A program made the translations under genes and the position numbers. Below the pieces are notes generated by a model. The model saw nothing but the letters and a program-made list of their open reading frames with translations, had not been told where the DNA came from and did no database searches. Shown here piece by piece: positions 13,451-24,815 of a stretch of DNA of 64,000 nucleotides (the first letter of the stretch is position 1; each line of letters opens with the position of its first letter). This DNA is from Eledone cirrhosa (taxonomy: Eukaryota): assembly GCA_964016885.1 (NCBI GenBank), contig OZ024740.1, positions 208,692,001 through 208,756,000 on the forward strand, given 5' to 3'.

Positions 13451-13699
13451 ACGACCACTTTACGGTGGAGGCTTCAGCCTGTCCTCATGGGAGATGTATG
13501 GGATCACAGTCAGTCAGTCAATGATGTACCGATATATTCTTAAATATAAACTGACCCTCTCTATTTTATGTCTTAAATATGTGGGCAAATATTCACACCT
13601 TTACATATATATATATAGTATACACACACACACACATATATATATATACATATATATAGAAGTACCCAACCTATTTTTTTCAAACTTTACATGTGTATT

Positions 13700-14213
13700 A
13701 CTTATGTTTCAGGGAGTGTTATGCTCTTTTTGATCCCCTAGGGCCCGCATTAGGTGAAAAACTGCGTTTTTTCAGCTATTTAGGTGTTTTTGAGGTGTTA
13801 CGTCAGACTGATTTCCTTGAAACTATGTTTTAGTCAGTCTCTTCTTCATACCGTGAGCAAAGAAAATCCAACTTTTTCATGGTCTAGGGCCCGCATTAGG
13901 TGAAAAACTTAATTTTTTCAGCCTTTTAGGGCTTTTTTGAGGCGTTATGTCTAGCCGATTTTCCCGAAATTTCAAGGCATATTATGCACATAAAAAAAAT
14001 TAATATTCTTGATCCCCTAGGGCCCGCATTAGGTGAAAACCTGCATTTTTCCTGCTTCATCGAGGAAAATTTTAAAGATTATCCAGCCATAAGAGTATTC
14101 GGTTTATTTTTTTTTACATATTGTCCAGGCATGCAGTTTTTCCACGATTAGGTTTGTTGGCGGTCCGCGTTCCAAAATACTTTATCCCGTGCAACGCCGG
14201 GTACCAATGCTAG
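13700..14213 (+). mobile_element. Non-autonomous Helitron (3' end clear, 5' end not located)
   Basis: Subterminal hairpin cccgtgcaacgccggg (14186-14201), then CTAG (14210-14213) followed by T; internal ~130-150-bp repeats with core ctagggcccgcattaggtgaaaa (three copies). Confidence 0.75.
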
Positions 14214-14299
14214 TATATATATAAACGTTATATATATATGTAAGTATGCATACGTACCATATGTATCAGCTGTGCTAGGGCGAGAAATAAAATTCTAAT

Positions 14300-14349
<50 letters not shown>

Positions 14350-14397
14350 AAATATATATGTATAAAAAAAATATATATATATATACAATATACATAT

Positions 14398-14435
<38 letters not shown>

Positions 14436-14509
14436 TACATATATTATGCATACATATATATATATATATGCATAATAATATACACATTTATATTATACTT
14501 ACATATGGA

Positions 14510-16345
14510 AATATGTACATTCAAAGCAGAGACCTCATTCTCCAGTTGGTCCTCTTCGCAATCCCCACACAAGCCAGATTACTGACGATCCCAAAGAATG
14601 CACGAAACTCATTGCTGAATACTATGCAGGCATTTTTACTGTTGGAAACCGAAACGTACCATCTCCACCACATCTGACATCAAATTCTATAACAACTATG
14701 GAATTTACACTTGCAATGGTGCGACATCACCTTAAGAATAAGCGCAACTATGCCTCTCCTGGTCTTGATGTGTTACGTACCTGCTTCTCAAACGTGGCGG
14801 GTACTTTCTTCTGCACCAGCTTTCACTCTTCTTTCAATTCTGTCTTAACAATGGTGCTACTCCGGAGTAGTGGAAAACTGCCAGTGTCATTCCACTGTTC
14901 AAAAAGGGTGACCGCACGTCGCCTGTCAACTATCGTACAGTCAGTCTTTCTATCTGCATTGCCAAACTGACGGAATCCTGTGTCAGATAAACACTCTGGA
15001 ACTTCTGGAATTCTCACAGTCTTATCCGGCCCTTGCAATTTGGATTTATCCCTAACTCCAACTGCTGTGATCAACTTATCGAGTTTCTTGAAGACATCAC
15101 CCGGATCATTGATGGCGGCTCATGTTGGATGGATGTTGTTTACCTTGACTTTGCTAAAGCTTTTAAGTCTGTGCCACACAAAAGGCTTATGCCAAAACTA
15201 TCTGCAATGGGTGTGAAAGATGATATTTTTAACTGATTGAAGTCCTTCATTCGCAGTCGAAAAGAGGTAGTCACGGTTCTAGGACAACATTCGTCACTGT
15301 ATGAAATGTCATCTGATGTACCATAGGGATCTGTTCTTGGTCCCCTTTTGTTTGTTTAATATATAAATGACAACTTAAAGAATGCTACAGTGCTGAAATA
15401 TGCAGATGACATCAAGCTGTACTTTGAAATAAAAATGACAGATCCTGGACACTATAAATCTTTCCTGCAATCAGACCTGGACACAATGCAACAATGGATC
15501 ACGGACTGGCAACTCAAGCTGGCTGTGGACAAGTGTACCACCATGCATTTTCTGAGGAAAAACTCAGCGTCCACATACTCCTCCACAACACTAATATCAA
15601 GAAGTCTTCTTGTAAACGTGACCTGGGCATTACTGTCAGCAGCGATTTGCGTTGGACAAAGAACTTCTCTAAAATTGTCAAGAAGGTCGAGGGTGTCTTA
15701 GCATCACCCAGTAAGACCTTTGTCTGCCGCTATCCAGCTATCTATTTAAAGCTGTATATAGCTATGGTGCGGCCAAACTTAGAATTTGCATCACCAGTCT
15801 GGAACCCCTATCTTGCTCAGAACATTGACCTCCTGGAAACTGATCAGTGACGTGCAACCAAGCGAATATCCTCCACCAGGCATCTACCATATTCTGAATG
15901 CCTTGCTTCCTTTGGCAAAGATACATTGAAGTTCCGACATCTGGCAACTGACTTGGTAAACACCTACAAAATTATTAACCATCTTGCTAACAAAAACCCT
16001 GAGCAAATTTTTGAATTCAATGTGTCTAACACACGCCAGCATGCCTACAAAGTCAGAAAACAGCACAGTTCCCATGACTTTCAGAAACATTTTTTCACGC
16101 TCAGAGTTGCTGAAGCATGGAACAAACTACCTGCACCAGTTGTTAGCTGCCGAGACACTGCATCCTTTAAAACGTCCATGCTTCCTGGAATTCACCGACT
16201 CTACACCTGATATCCTCCCTCCATGTATATCATGACTCATACTGTTCACTTTCCTGACATTTCTACATGTTTCTATGTACTATACATGCACCTTTGATGA
16301 GTTGTAGTGCACTTTAACACTGTATACAATAATTTCATTTTATAT
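14510..16345 (+). mobile_element. 5'-truncated, decayed CR1-group LINE (RT and 3' end)
   Basis: QFGF, DVVYLDFAKAFKSVPH, GSVLGPLLF, KYADDIKL, VRPNLEFASPVWNP and FFTLRVAEAWNKLP motifs; AT-rich tail. Confidence 0.92.
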
Positions 16346-16355
16346 TATATATACG

Positions 16356-16495
16356 GCCTGAAACTGCTTCTTTCTGCCTCTAAACTCGCATTGGCAAGTG
16401 TTTAGAAGAACCTATGGAAAGTATATGCTTTAAAACTGCTTCTTTTACCCTCTAACCAGACATTTACCAAGGTTTAGCTGGCCATAGGAGATCCA
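16356..16495 (+). repeat. ~80-bp minisatellite units
   Basis: Two units of the 6.4-kb consensus directly abutting the RTE fragment. Confidence 0.8.
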
Positions 16496-16499
16496 AGCG

Positions 16500-17160
16500 C
16501 AAACAAACTCGTGTACACAAGCTGTGCACAAACTTGTGTGCTCAAGCTATAGTGAGAGTGGAAAAAGAGCTCACAGAATGGTTCACTGTGAACAGGTTCT
16601 ACAGGTATGCTTGGTATTGGATTTGTCATTCAATTTTTATTCCGAGGAGGTGATGTTAAAGTCAGTAGATGTGCTCTCCTGGATCGGGGTTACTGTTGGT
16701 GGTAAAGGGATCAACAACCTGCAATATGTTGATGACATAGTGCTCATAACAAACTCACCAGCAAATCTACAAACACTGCTGGATAAAGTTTACAGAATTT
16801 CAAGAGAATATAGTCTGGAGATCAACATTAAAAAGACAAAAGTAATGGCAGCAACTAGACAGATGGTAGAAATGAACATAGGTTGCCAAGGTACGAGGCT
16901 GGAATAAGTCGAGAAGTTCAAATACCATGGTTCAATAATTGAGCAGATGGCAGAGGGAAGTTGAGAAATAAAGGCAAGATTAGCAATTAAATGAAATAAA
17001 ATCAAATCAATACACTTTGGGATTCTCAGTAACATTTTAAAAAGTTTTTCAAAGAGATGTAAAAAGAGAATTGAAAAAGATTAATAGGAAACTCTCGTCC
17101 AAGATTGAACCCCAGAGCAGGACCTCCACTACCTCAAATATTTCCCACTAGGCCATGGAG
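16500..17160 (+). mobile_element. RTE (BovB-like) RT fragment
   Basis: ORF 16524-16907: SFNFYSEEVM...GGKGINNLQYVDDIVLI...LEINIKKTKVM. Confidence 0.85.
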
Positions 17161-17569
17161 ACAGGTACAAAATTTATTAAAAATTAAGAATTATAAAAAC
17201 CTACTTTCAAAATTAAAATAAATTAAATTAATTCAATTAAATCCCAAACTGGAGATTTCAATAACGATAACTCCATTATTGAAAAATTACTTAATTTTCA
17301 CACACACACATATATATATATATATGAAAACAGGGAGAAAGAGACGATTATGAGGAAGAAAAATATATATTTTTTTCCTTTTTTTTGTCTCTCTCTCTCT
17401 TTTTTCTGGGTTAGAAAATGATTATATATATATATCCACACACACACACACACACACAGATATATATAAATATACAACACGACACATTCATATATCCACA
17501 CACACACAATTGAAGTCAAATTATAAGTATAATTTCAATTCAGTTAAATTTACAATTTGTTTCTCTCCC

Positions 17570-17790
17570 TTTTCTCTGATTCCCTGCCAGTTGGTTTTGT
17601 CCAATTCTTTCCTGGGATATTTTAACCACATGCCCATAATAATATCAGAACTGTGATCTATCAATTAGGAGAAGTAGCGGCTCTACCTGGATTGACTCTC
17701 ATCTCCAAGCTACGCACTTTGTCGAGTAACCTTACGCCATAAGAACCCTTCAGAGGGACCCTATTTCGGCCACTTGTATCTGATATTAAA
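17570..17790 (-). mobile_element. Rex3/Expander-like RTE fragment
   Basis: atctccaagctacgcactttgtcgagtaac matches 1865-1895. Confidence 0.65.
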
Positions 17791-18204
17791 AAAGTCAAAA
17801 GGTATTTTGGTCATAGGCCTGCTCGGCCATCCGTGACCTGGGGTTAAACAACAACAACAACAATAATAGAATTAAAAAATAACAAACATCAACAACAGCA
17901 GCTAAAATAAAAGAAAAAGAAACTCAAATATACGTAAATAACAAAAATATACAAAAAAAAACCCGGAAAAAATCCTCTTACCCCCTTCTCTCCCGACAAC
18001 ATTAACAACAGTTATAAAAATATCAGCACCACCACCACCAACAACAACATGCCCATCAGAACCACCACAAGAACCAGCATCACCGCCACCACCACAACCA
18101 GTACTACCACCATTACCATCTCCACAACCAGCAACACCACTAGAATCACCACCACCGCCATTAACACTAGGACGACCCACCACCAACATTGCCACCATCA
18201 CCAC

Positions 18205-18460
18205 TAATGGTTTCTAGTATAGGCAGAAGACCAGCAATTTTGGGGGTAGCAGAAAGTTGATTTAATCGACTCCAATATGTGACTGGTACTGTATTTTATC
18301 GACCTCGTAAGGATGAAAGGCAAAGCTAACCTCGGCAGTATTTGAATTCATAATGGTTTCTATTATAGGCACAAGGCTAGCAATTTTGGTGGAGGGGAAA
18401 GTCGATTAAATCGACCCCAGTGCGTTACTGGTGCTTTATTTTATCGACCCCCAAGGATGA
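18205..18460 (-). mobile_element. SINE family A fragments (two)
   Basis: ttttatcgaccc...ggatgaaaggcaaag and ggcacaaggc.agcaatttt. Confidence 0.8.
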
Positions 18461-18461
18461 A

Positions 18462-19373
18462 AATGTCATAAAATGTCTTAAAAAATTACATCAAAAATTA
18501 AAAATTAAAAATTACACCAAAAATTTATCACTTAAATGGTGCAATAGATGAGTGAAGGTATTACTCAGCAGCATGATCAGAAACAATAAAAAAGTACAAA
18601 AATACAGGGATAACAAAAGAGATAAATATAAAAATACAAAACAATAAAGGAACAAAAAGCCCGAAAACCCCCCAAAATATAAAACAAAGCAAAGCATAGA
18701 TACATAAAAGCACAAGCAGTGCAAAAACAGGGTGTACAGGCAGATTAAGAGAGTTTGCAAGCATGAGTCTGTGAGAAGAATAGTTGGTTAGCAGTGGTGC
18801 AGCCTTTACATGTATCCCAGCCCGCCTATGGTGATAAATCCCCTGGGTATAGGTTTTGGAAAAATAGTGTTATCTCACTTAACGTTCGGAACTGGAACAT
18901 ATCGATGTGGTTCGTAGGGTGCTGATATGATAAGGAGAATCGACCTGTTACAAGGCGATATAATTGGAGTACACCATCCCTCATATGGACTATCATACAT
19001 GTAAGGCTGCACCACTGCTAACCAACTATTCTTCTCACAGACTCATGCTTGCAAACTCTCTTAATCTGCCTGTACACCCTGTTTTTGCACTGCTTGTATC
19101 TATCCTTTGCTTTGTTTTATATTTTGGGGGATTTTCGGGCTTTTTGTTCCTTTATTGTTTTGTATTTTTATATTTATCTCTTTTGTTACTCCTGTATTTT
19201 TGTACTTTTTTTATTATTTTTTTTAATTGTTTCTGATCATGCTGAGTAATACCTTCACTCATCCCTTGCTACACTCTCCCAACCTCTTTATCATCTATTG
19301 CACCATTTAAGTGATACATTTTTGGTGTAATTTTTAATTTTTAATGTAATTTTTAAAGACATTTTATGACATT
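18462..19373. repeat. Long inverted repeat, ~350-380-bp arms with ~180-bp spacer (probable Penelope-like 3' remnant)
   Basis: 18462-18815 is the reverse complement of 18995-19373; the ORF track shows the same peptides on opposite strands. Confidence 0.92.
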
Positions 19374-20121
19374 ATGTGCATCATGTATTCTGCCATGTTC
19401 CATATAGCGCTGGCCTTGGGACCCCTCTGCTGGTCCTTTAACCTTGTTCTGGTGACGCAGCTCGATGGAGCATGCAACTATTGATATACTCTTGTTTATA
19501 GGCTCATATGATTCCTGCCATGGGGTATGGATGAAACACTATTAGCTAATAAAACAATGTATTTCTAAGCACTCTTTGGTTATTCCTATAACTATAACGG
19601 CTCTGTAGTATACTAGTTATCCTACATTGAGCTAAAACCACAGTCATACCAAGGGCAATATATCTGCGTGTCTAGGCATATTGATATATTTGTCAACGAA
19701 ACTATATATATATATATGTATCTCCCCTCTCTCTCTCTATATATATATGTATGAATGTGTATATATAAGTATATATACATGCATATATATATATAAACAA
19801 AACATCACATGTACTCATACACACACACACAAGCACACAAATACACACACAAGCACACAAACTCATAAATACACACACATATATATATCGTTTTTGAACA
19901 AGATGGTGTAGGACAGAACAAAGGAGAGACAAAATAAAAACCTAGTCACCAAGGAGGTCACACAATATGTGGCGAACGAACTTTGAAAATATATAAACAA
20001 ACATTCTGTTATTGAACCAACCAACCAACCGGAAATTTATAATAAACTGAAGTGAAAACCAACTCGTATGTGTTTTTTTTATTGTCAGCATGACCCTCCC
20101 AAAGTATAACAATATTTATAC

Positions 20122-20156
<35 letters not shown>

Positions 20157-20238
20157 GGTAAGTTATTCCGGGTTGAATCGGAGGTAATCACAGTAAGTAA
20201 GGTACTCAATACATAGCAGAATATAAAAGTTTTAATAT

Positions 20239-20352
20239 AGAAGAGATTCTACAGAACTAGAACTGTTTCATTCGTGAGAAATCATCAGGAATCTGATGAG
20301 GATTCCTGATGATTTCTCACGAATGAAACAGTTCTAGTCCTGTAGAATCTCT

Positions 20353-20355
<3 letters not shown>
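20239..20355. repeat. 55-bp perfect-arm palindrome, each arm a hammerhead motif
   Basis: 20239-20293 versus 20301-20355 with one mismatch and a 7-nt loop. Confidence 0.95.
20300..20350 (+). ncRNA. Type I hammerhead ribozyme motif (mirror copy on minus strand at ~20244-20294)
   Basis: gattc-CTGATGA-t ttc tcac gaa t-GAAA-cag ttctagtc ctg-TA|gaatc; stems I and III pair, first stem II pair is a U-U mismatch. Confidence 0.75.
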
Positions 20356-20390
<35 letters not shown>

Positions 20391-21036
20391 CACAGTAAAT
20401 TTCGTGTCTAAAATTACTTTACTTTTACTATTTTAATAACCTCTGTCATTTTCGTTTTCAATTTTATTTACATCATTCTTAAACTCCGGGGCTGGAAATC
20501 ATTTTGTTATTTTAAATAGAACATTAGTCTAACGACTCCATTTATACCATAAACTTGGTCTTGTCTTTGCATGAAATTGTTCTTCACGCCCAACATAACG
20601 ACGTATTATCCTCGCTTTTTTCCCGTTCATTGCCAGGGAACGTCTTCACGAACAAAAATATCGTCTTCCTGTTTTCGTTCGGTTGCAACGTTTCTCGAAA
20701 TATTTACTTCTGCGTTCACAGATTACTCTCAATTCAATTTGAATGGGAAATTCCTGTTTCATCGATTTTCTCCGTAACCATGGAAGCTTGTAGCTTGAAA
20801 GTCGACCCAACGCCTCCTCGGGTCATTCTGCATAACTGTGTAAATGTTCGCTGCATTCCACCAAGCCGTTTCGACGTTTATCCGACTACACCTACTTACT
20901 TAAATATACAACGTCCGACCACTTCCAATTTATATAGTAGATATATTACTATAATGCTCAGTATTTATACTTTGAGCTTGTTTAATTGCAGGGTATCAAT
21001 ATGAGTTAATAACTCTGTATTTTATTTGTATATATA

Positions 21037-21159
21037 TGCTCTGAGGAAATGGTAGTCGCAGCATTTGAAAATTGAGTTTCTGCAATCAAATAATTATTAA
21101 TTACCAATTGCACATAGCATGACTAGGCTGTATAACTACTGTTGAAACATTTGTAAGCA
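21037..21159 (+). ncRNA. Type I hammerhead ribozyme motif with long stem II
   Basis: tgct-CTGAGGA-aatggtagt...actactgtt-GAAA-catttg-TA|agca, followed by aataaa. Confidence 0.6.
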
Positions 21160-21214
21160 CTCGGAATAAATTACCTTTTTATGATGTCTACCTGTTATTA
21201 TTCATTCTTTATAA

Positions 21215-21385
21215 GGACGGTGGATTGGCAGTATCGGTAGAGGGTCGGACGCCATGCTTTGCAGCACAGTTATGTCCCTTTACGGACTGAGTTCAAATCC
21301 CGCCGAGGTTAACTTTGCCTTTCATCCTTACGGGGTCGATAAAATAAAGTAATTGCTGGCCTTGTGCCAATAGTAGAAACAATTA
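21215..21385 (+). mobile_element. SINE family A
   Basis: ggcagtatcggtagag...gagttcaaatcccgccgaggttaactttgcctttcatcc (A- and B-box-like). Confidence 0.85.
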
Positions 21386-21619
21386 TGTATATATATAAAC
21401 AATTATATATACATATATATAGGAAAAGAGTCATATATATATATATATATATATATGTAGACACACACACAATACAACACGTATTTACAGCCACACACAT
21501 TTATATTCTAAAAATTAAGTTATAATTTCAAGGGAGACAATTCTGTTTATTTTACCAGTTGTTTCTCTTCCCTCGTGGTTGTGTATTTTGTAACTGTATT
21601 AAAAAAGAACAGCTAGACA

Positions 21620-21725
21620 TAGTCCTATATGAGCAAGACACGATCGCCTGACCCAACTTGCCTCTAATAGGACAAACCTGTCTAACCCATGCTAGCGTGG
21701 AAGATGGACGTTAAATAATGATGAT
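21620..21725 (+). mobile_element. SINE family B 3' fragment
   Basis: cctgacccaacttgcctctaat...tctaacccatgctagcgtggaa...gacgttaaa, as at 24920-24995. Confidence 0.75.
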
Positions 21726-21877
21726 TATGTTGATATGTATATATCTAACTATCTTCCTTTGGTGAGAATTTAGGAAATAAATATCGGTGTACATGCAACA
21801 TAATATAAAAGACAGTAAATACTGGTGTGTGTGTGCGTAATAAAGTTTTTACTTCATAGAAGTCAAAAGGCATATAA

Positions 21878-22200
21878 TGTAAGGGTTTGTTACCCGATGG
21901 TAATAATACAATTCTGAAGTTGGTAGAAACCTCTTAGGCTCTTATCTCAGGCTGCAAGCTGCATTGTGCTTGGTAACGAAAGGGTCGTCCAGAAGGAATC
22001 ACAAGCTATGGTCAAAGGTGTTACCACTTCAGGAATTAGGAGGCGAGAGAGAGATTTCGCGGTAAACCGCTCCTTTTATATCTGTTGACCGGAAGTGACC
22101 ACCAGGGAGTCTGGTCAATCCCAAAGGGAAGCAACTCCACCTACTTCCTGTCTAGAGAGCAGTGATTAGATTGTCGTGGCAGGGGAGGCAACTCTTACTA
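21878..22200 (-). mobile_element. Possible solo LTR
   Basis: Termini tgtaagg.../...ctcttac; TATA box atataaaaggag on the minus strand at ~22070-22081; no target-site duplication found. Confidence 0.3.
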
Positions 22201-22202
22201 CA

Positions 22203-23080
22203 AGAAGATCCATCTGCTGCCAACACCCTTCAAACGGAGGGCTGGGGTTGCCATGGCTGACGATCCGCAAACACGCGCTCAGGTTGCGGCACCTCCACGT
22301 ATTCCTCACCGGACAACCGGTGTGGGCCCCGTTCGTGAGGCGAGCCTTCCCACGACTCGTCTCGCTGACCGAGCTGCAGTCCTGGGTCAAGCAAAGACCG
22401 AGGAAAATGGACAACTTCCAAAAGTCCCTGACCTGGCAGTGCTACCGAGGAGCTCTACCACTTCGAGACAAGCTCTACAGACACGGGCGTCCGAGTGGGG
22501 ACCCTTCGAAAACGATCTGTCTGAGATGCGTGCTCGACGAGGAAAGCGTCGCGCACGCATTTGTACACTGCCCGGGCGTTACCGACCTGTGGGGCTATGT
22601 AGAACGACTATTGTCGCGGGTGGGACCAATCCGGTTGACCACCGAGTCCATTGTCATGATCAAACCGCCACCCTCCTTCAAAAACGAGGGAGAGGCGGTT
22701 TTACTATGTGTTATGGCTATGGTGAAAGAGGTTATATGGTGGACGAGGTTAAAAGGGCTGAAGTCAGAAACCTTTCTTTCTGGCGAGCAACTGATTCGTT
22801 TATTCAAATATCATTTTGGAAGAAGAATCAGGATGGAGAGAGAGGTGCTGTACCCCAGCAAATTTTATAAAAGGTGGGTGAATGTGGCAAAGATGGCTCG
22901 AGTGGTTGGGCCTTCTCTCTATATAAGCCTCTAGGTTGAGGAAAAAGAGGAAGAGAGGAAGGGAGTACTCACTCTTGGTGCTCCTGGAGATGAGGGTTGT
23001 ACATTTTTTCGGGGTGTGTACAACGCCTGTGTAACGCCTCCCCCCTATTGGGGATTTCACTATGTTTTAAATTGCCTTGT
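22203..23080 (+). mobile_element. Tx1/L1 LINE 3' fragment (internally deleted, tail missing)
   Basis: High identity to 29565-30640; CCHC finger CLRCVLDEESVAHAFVHC. Confidence 0.93.
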
Positions 23081-23150
23081 CGGATGAACGAATGAGGACG
23101 TTTTTCGTATTCGTCTTATTCGAGAAACCTCTGGTAATGAGGTAATTATA
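23081..23150 (+). ncRNA. Broken hammerhead motif
   Basis: CGGATGA-a cgaatgaggacg...cgtcttattcg a-GAAA-cctc tggtaat gagg-TA; core U4 mutated and 5' stem I strand absent. Confidence 0.45.
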
Positions 23151-23172
23151 TTGTATTGTTTATTATACATTA

Positions 23173-23261
<89 letters not shown>

Positions 23262-23330
23262 CATATATACATACACATATATGTAAACAAAAAAAATCAC
23301 ATATCCTCATATATATCCACACACACACAG

Positions 23331-23425
<95 letters not shown>

Positions 23426-23449
23426 ACACATATATACATATATATCTAT

Positions 23450-23481
<32 letters not shown>

Positions 23482-23494
23482 ATAAATAAGTTCT

Positions 23495-24190
23495 GTAGGG
23501 TTGCCACGCAATGACCTGTTCTTCGTTAAACTCTGTCAATCGCAAAACTCTTTGAAAAATCCTCAAAAAGCCAGGCCTACCTGATAATATGCTAAATATC
23601 ATCATATATTTCCATGAGGGCATGACAGCATCAGTTATGTCCGATGGTGAATGCTCTGAACCCTTTGCTGTTACAAATGGTGCGAAGCAGGGTTGTGTCA
23701 TGGCTCCTGTCCTTTTTGTTTTGTTCTTTTCTGTAATCCTCCAGCATGCACTTGGTGATTTAAACACTGGTATCAGATTTGAGTTTCGTACGTCGGGTGG
23801 GCAGATTATACGATGCTTATATATGAACAGCAATGTTACATGGTAGTGAAACCTGGGCACTGAGCGCAGTGAAACCTAAGCAGATTGGATAGAAATGAAG
23901 CTTGCATGCTCCGCTGGATGTGTAATAGTAATATATACAAACGGCAAAGCATAAATGAACTAAATGAGAAATTAGGCATAAGAAGGATCAGTATAATAGA
24001 GAGGAGATTGCGTTGGTATGGTCATGTGATATGTATGAAGGAAGACAGCTGTATAAAAAGGTGAAGACCCAGGATGACCTGGGATGAAGTGATACAAGCT
24101 GACCTCGCACACTTGCACCTCTCAAAGGGGATGACACAGGATCAAGATCTTTGGCGTTATGAAGTAATACAGAAAACTCGCATTCTCTTG
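23495..24190 (+). mobile_element. RTE fragments (BovB-like RT piece joined to an RTE 3' piece)
   Basis: FHEGMTASV...[21 protein letters not shown], then [16 protein letters not shown] and RPRMTW remnants. Confidence 0.8.
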
Positions 24191-24297
24191 CGCACTGACT
24201 TAATCATACACCCAGTAGGCATCTCTTAATCCACTATACCCCACTACACAAACCCCTACTCCTGCCCACACCACCCTTAATCTGCAAAGTAATGTTG

Positions 24298-24815
24298 GTA
24301 TCACAAAAACATCCAGCCCAAACTGTAAAGTGGTCGTGTAGGTGTCACGACAAAAGCATCCAGCCCAAACTGTAAAGTGGTTGTGTAGGTGTCTCGACAA
24401 AAGCATGCAGTCCACACTGTAAAATGGTCATGTAGGTGTCTCGACAAAAGCATCCAGCCCAAACTGTAAAGTGGTCATGTAGGTGTCTCGACAAAAGCAT
24501 CCAGCCCAAACTGTAAAGTGGTTGTGTAGGTGTCTCGACAAAAGCATGCAGTCCACACTGTAAAATGGTCATGTAGGTGTCTCGACAAAAGCATCCAGCC
24601 CAAACTGTAAAGTGGTCATGTAGGTGTCTCGACAAAAGCATCCAGCCCAAACTGTAAAGTGGTTGTGTAGGTGTCTCGACAAAAGCATGCAGTCCACACT
24701 GTAAAATGGATGTGTAGGTGTCACGACAAAAGCATCCAGCCGACACTCTAATGTGGTCGTGTAGGTGTCATGACAAAAGCATCCAGCCTACACTGTAAAG
24801 TGGTCGTGTAGGAGA
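24298..24815 (+). repeat. 47-bp tandem repeat, ~11 copies, with a 141-bp trimer period
   Basis: acaaaagcatccagcccaaactgtaaagtggtcatgtaggtgtctcg; the variant gcagtccacac...aaaatgg recurs every third unit. Confidence 0.95.

Noticed and set aside
14228-14487. YIYI/THTH/CVCV ORFs here and at 2.1, 19.7, 23.2, 31.6 and 32.9 kb
   Set aside because: Translations of dinucleotide microsatellites
14582-14615. CTGACGA...GAAA hammerhead-like core
   Set aside because: No paired stems; lies within the CR1 coding remnant
17860-18204. Gly-rich 100-aa ORF
   Set aside because: Degenerate (ACC/AAC)n low-complexity tract
18815-18995. GIY-YIG endonuclease remnant in the inverted-repeat spacer
   Set aside because: No frame gives a convincing motif
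19589-19608. taactataacgg resembling the LSU rRNA / I-CeuI site
   Set aside because: Only 12 nt match with no flanking rRNA similarity
21215-21310. tRNA gene
   Set aside because: A/B-box-like head of a SINE; no cloverleaf, and it continues into the SINE body
24298-24815. CRISPR-like regular repeats (also the 80-bp and 20-bp arrays)
   Set aside because: Pure tandem repeats without unique spacers, no cas genes, eukaryotic context
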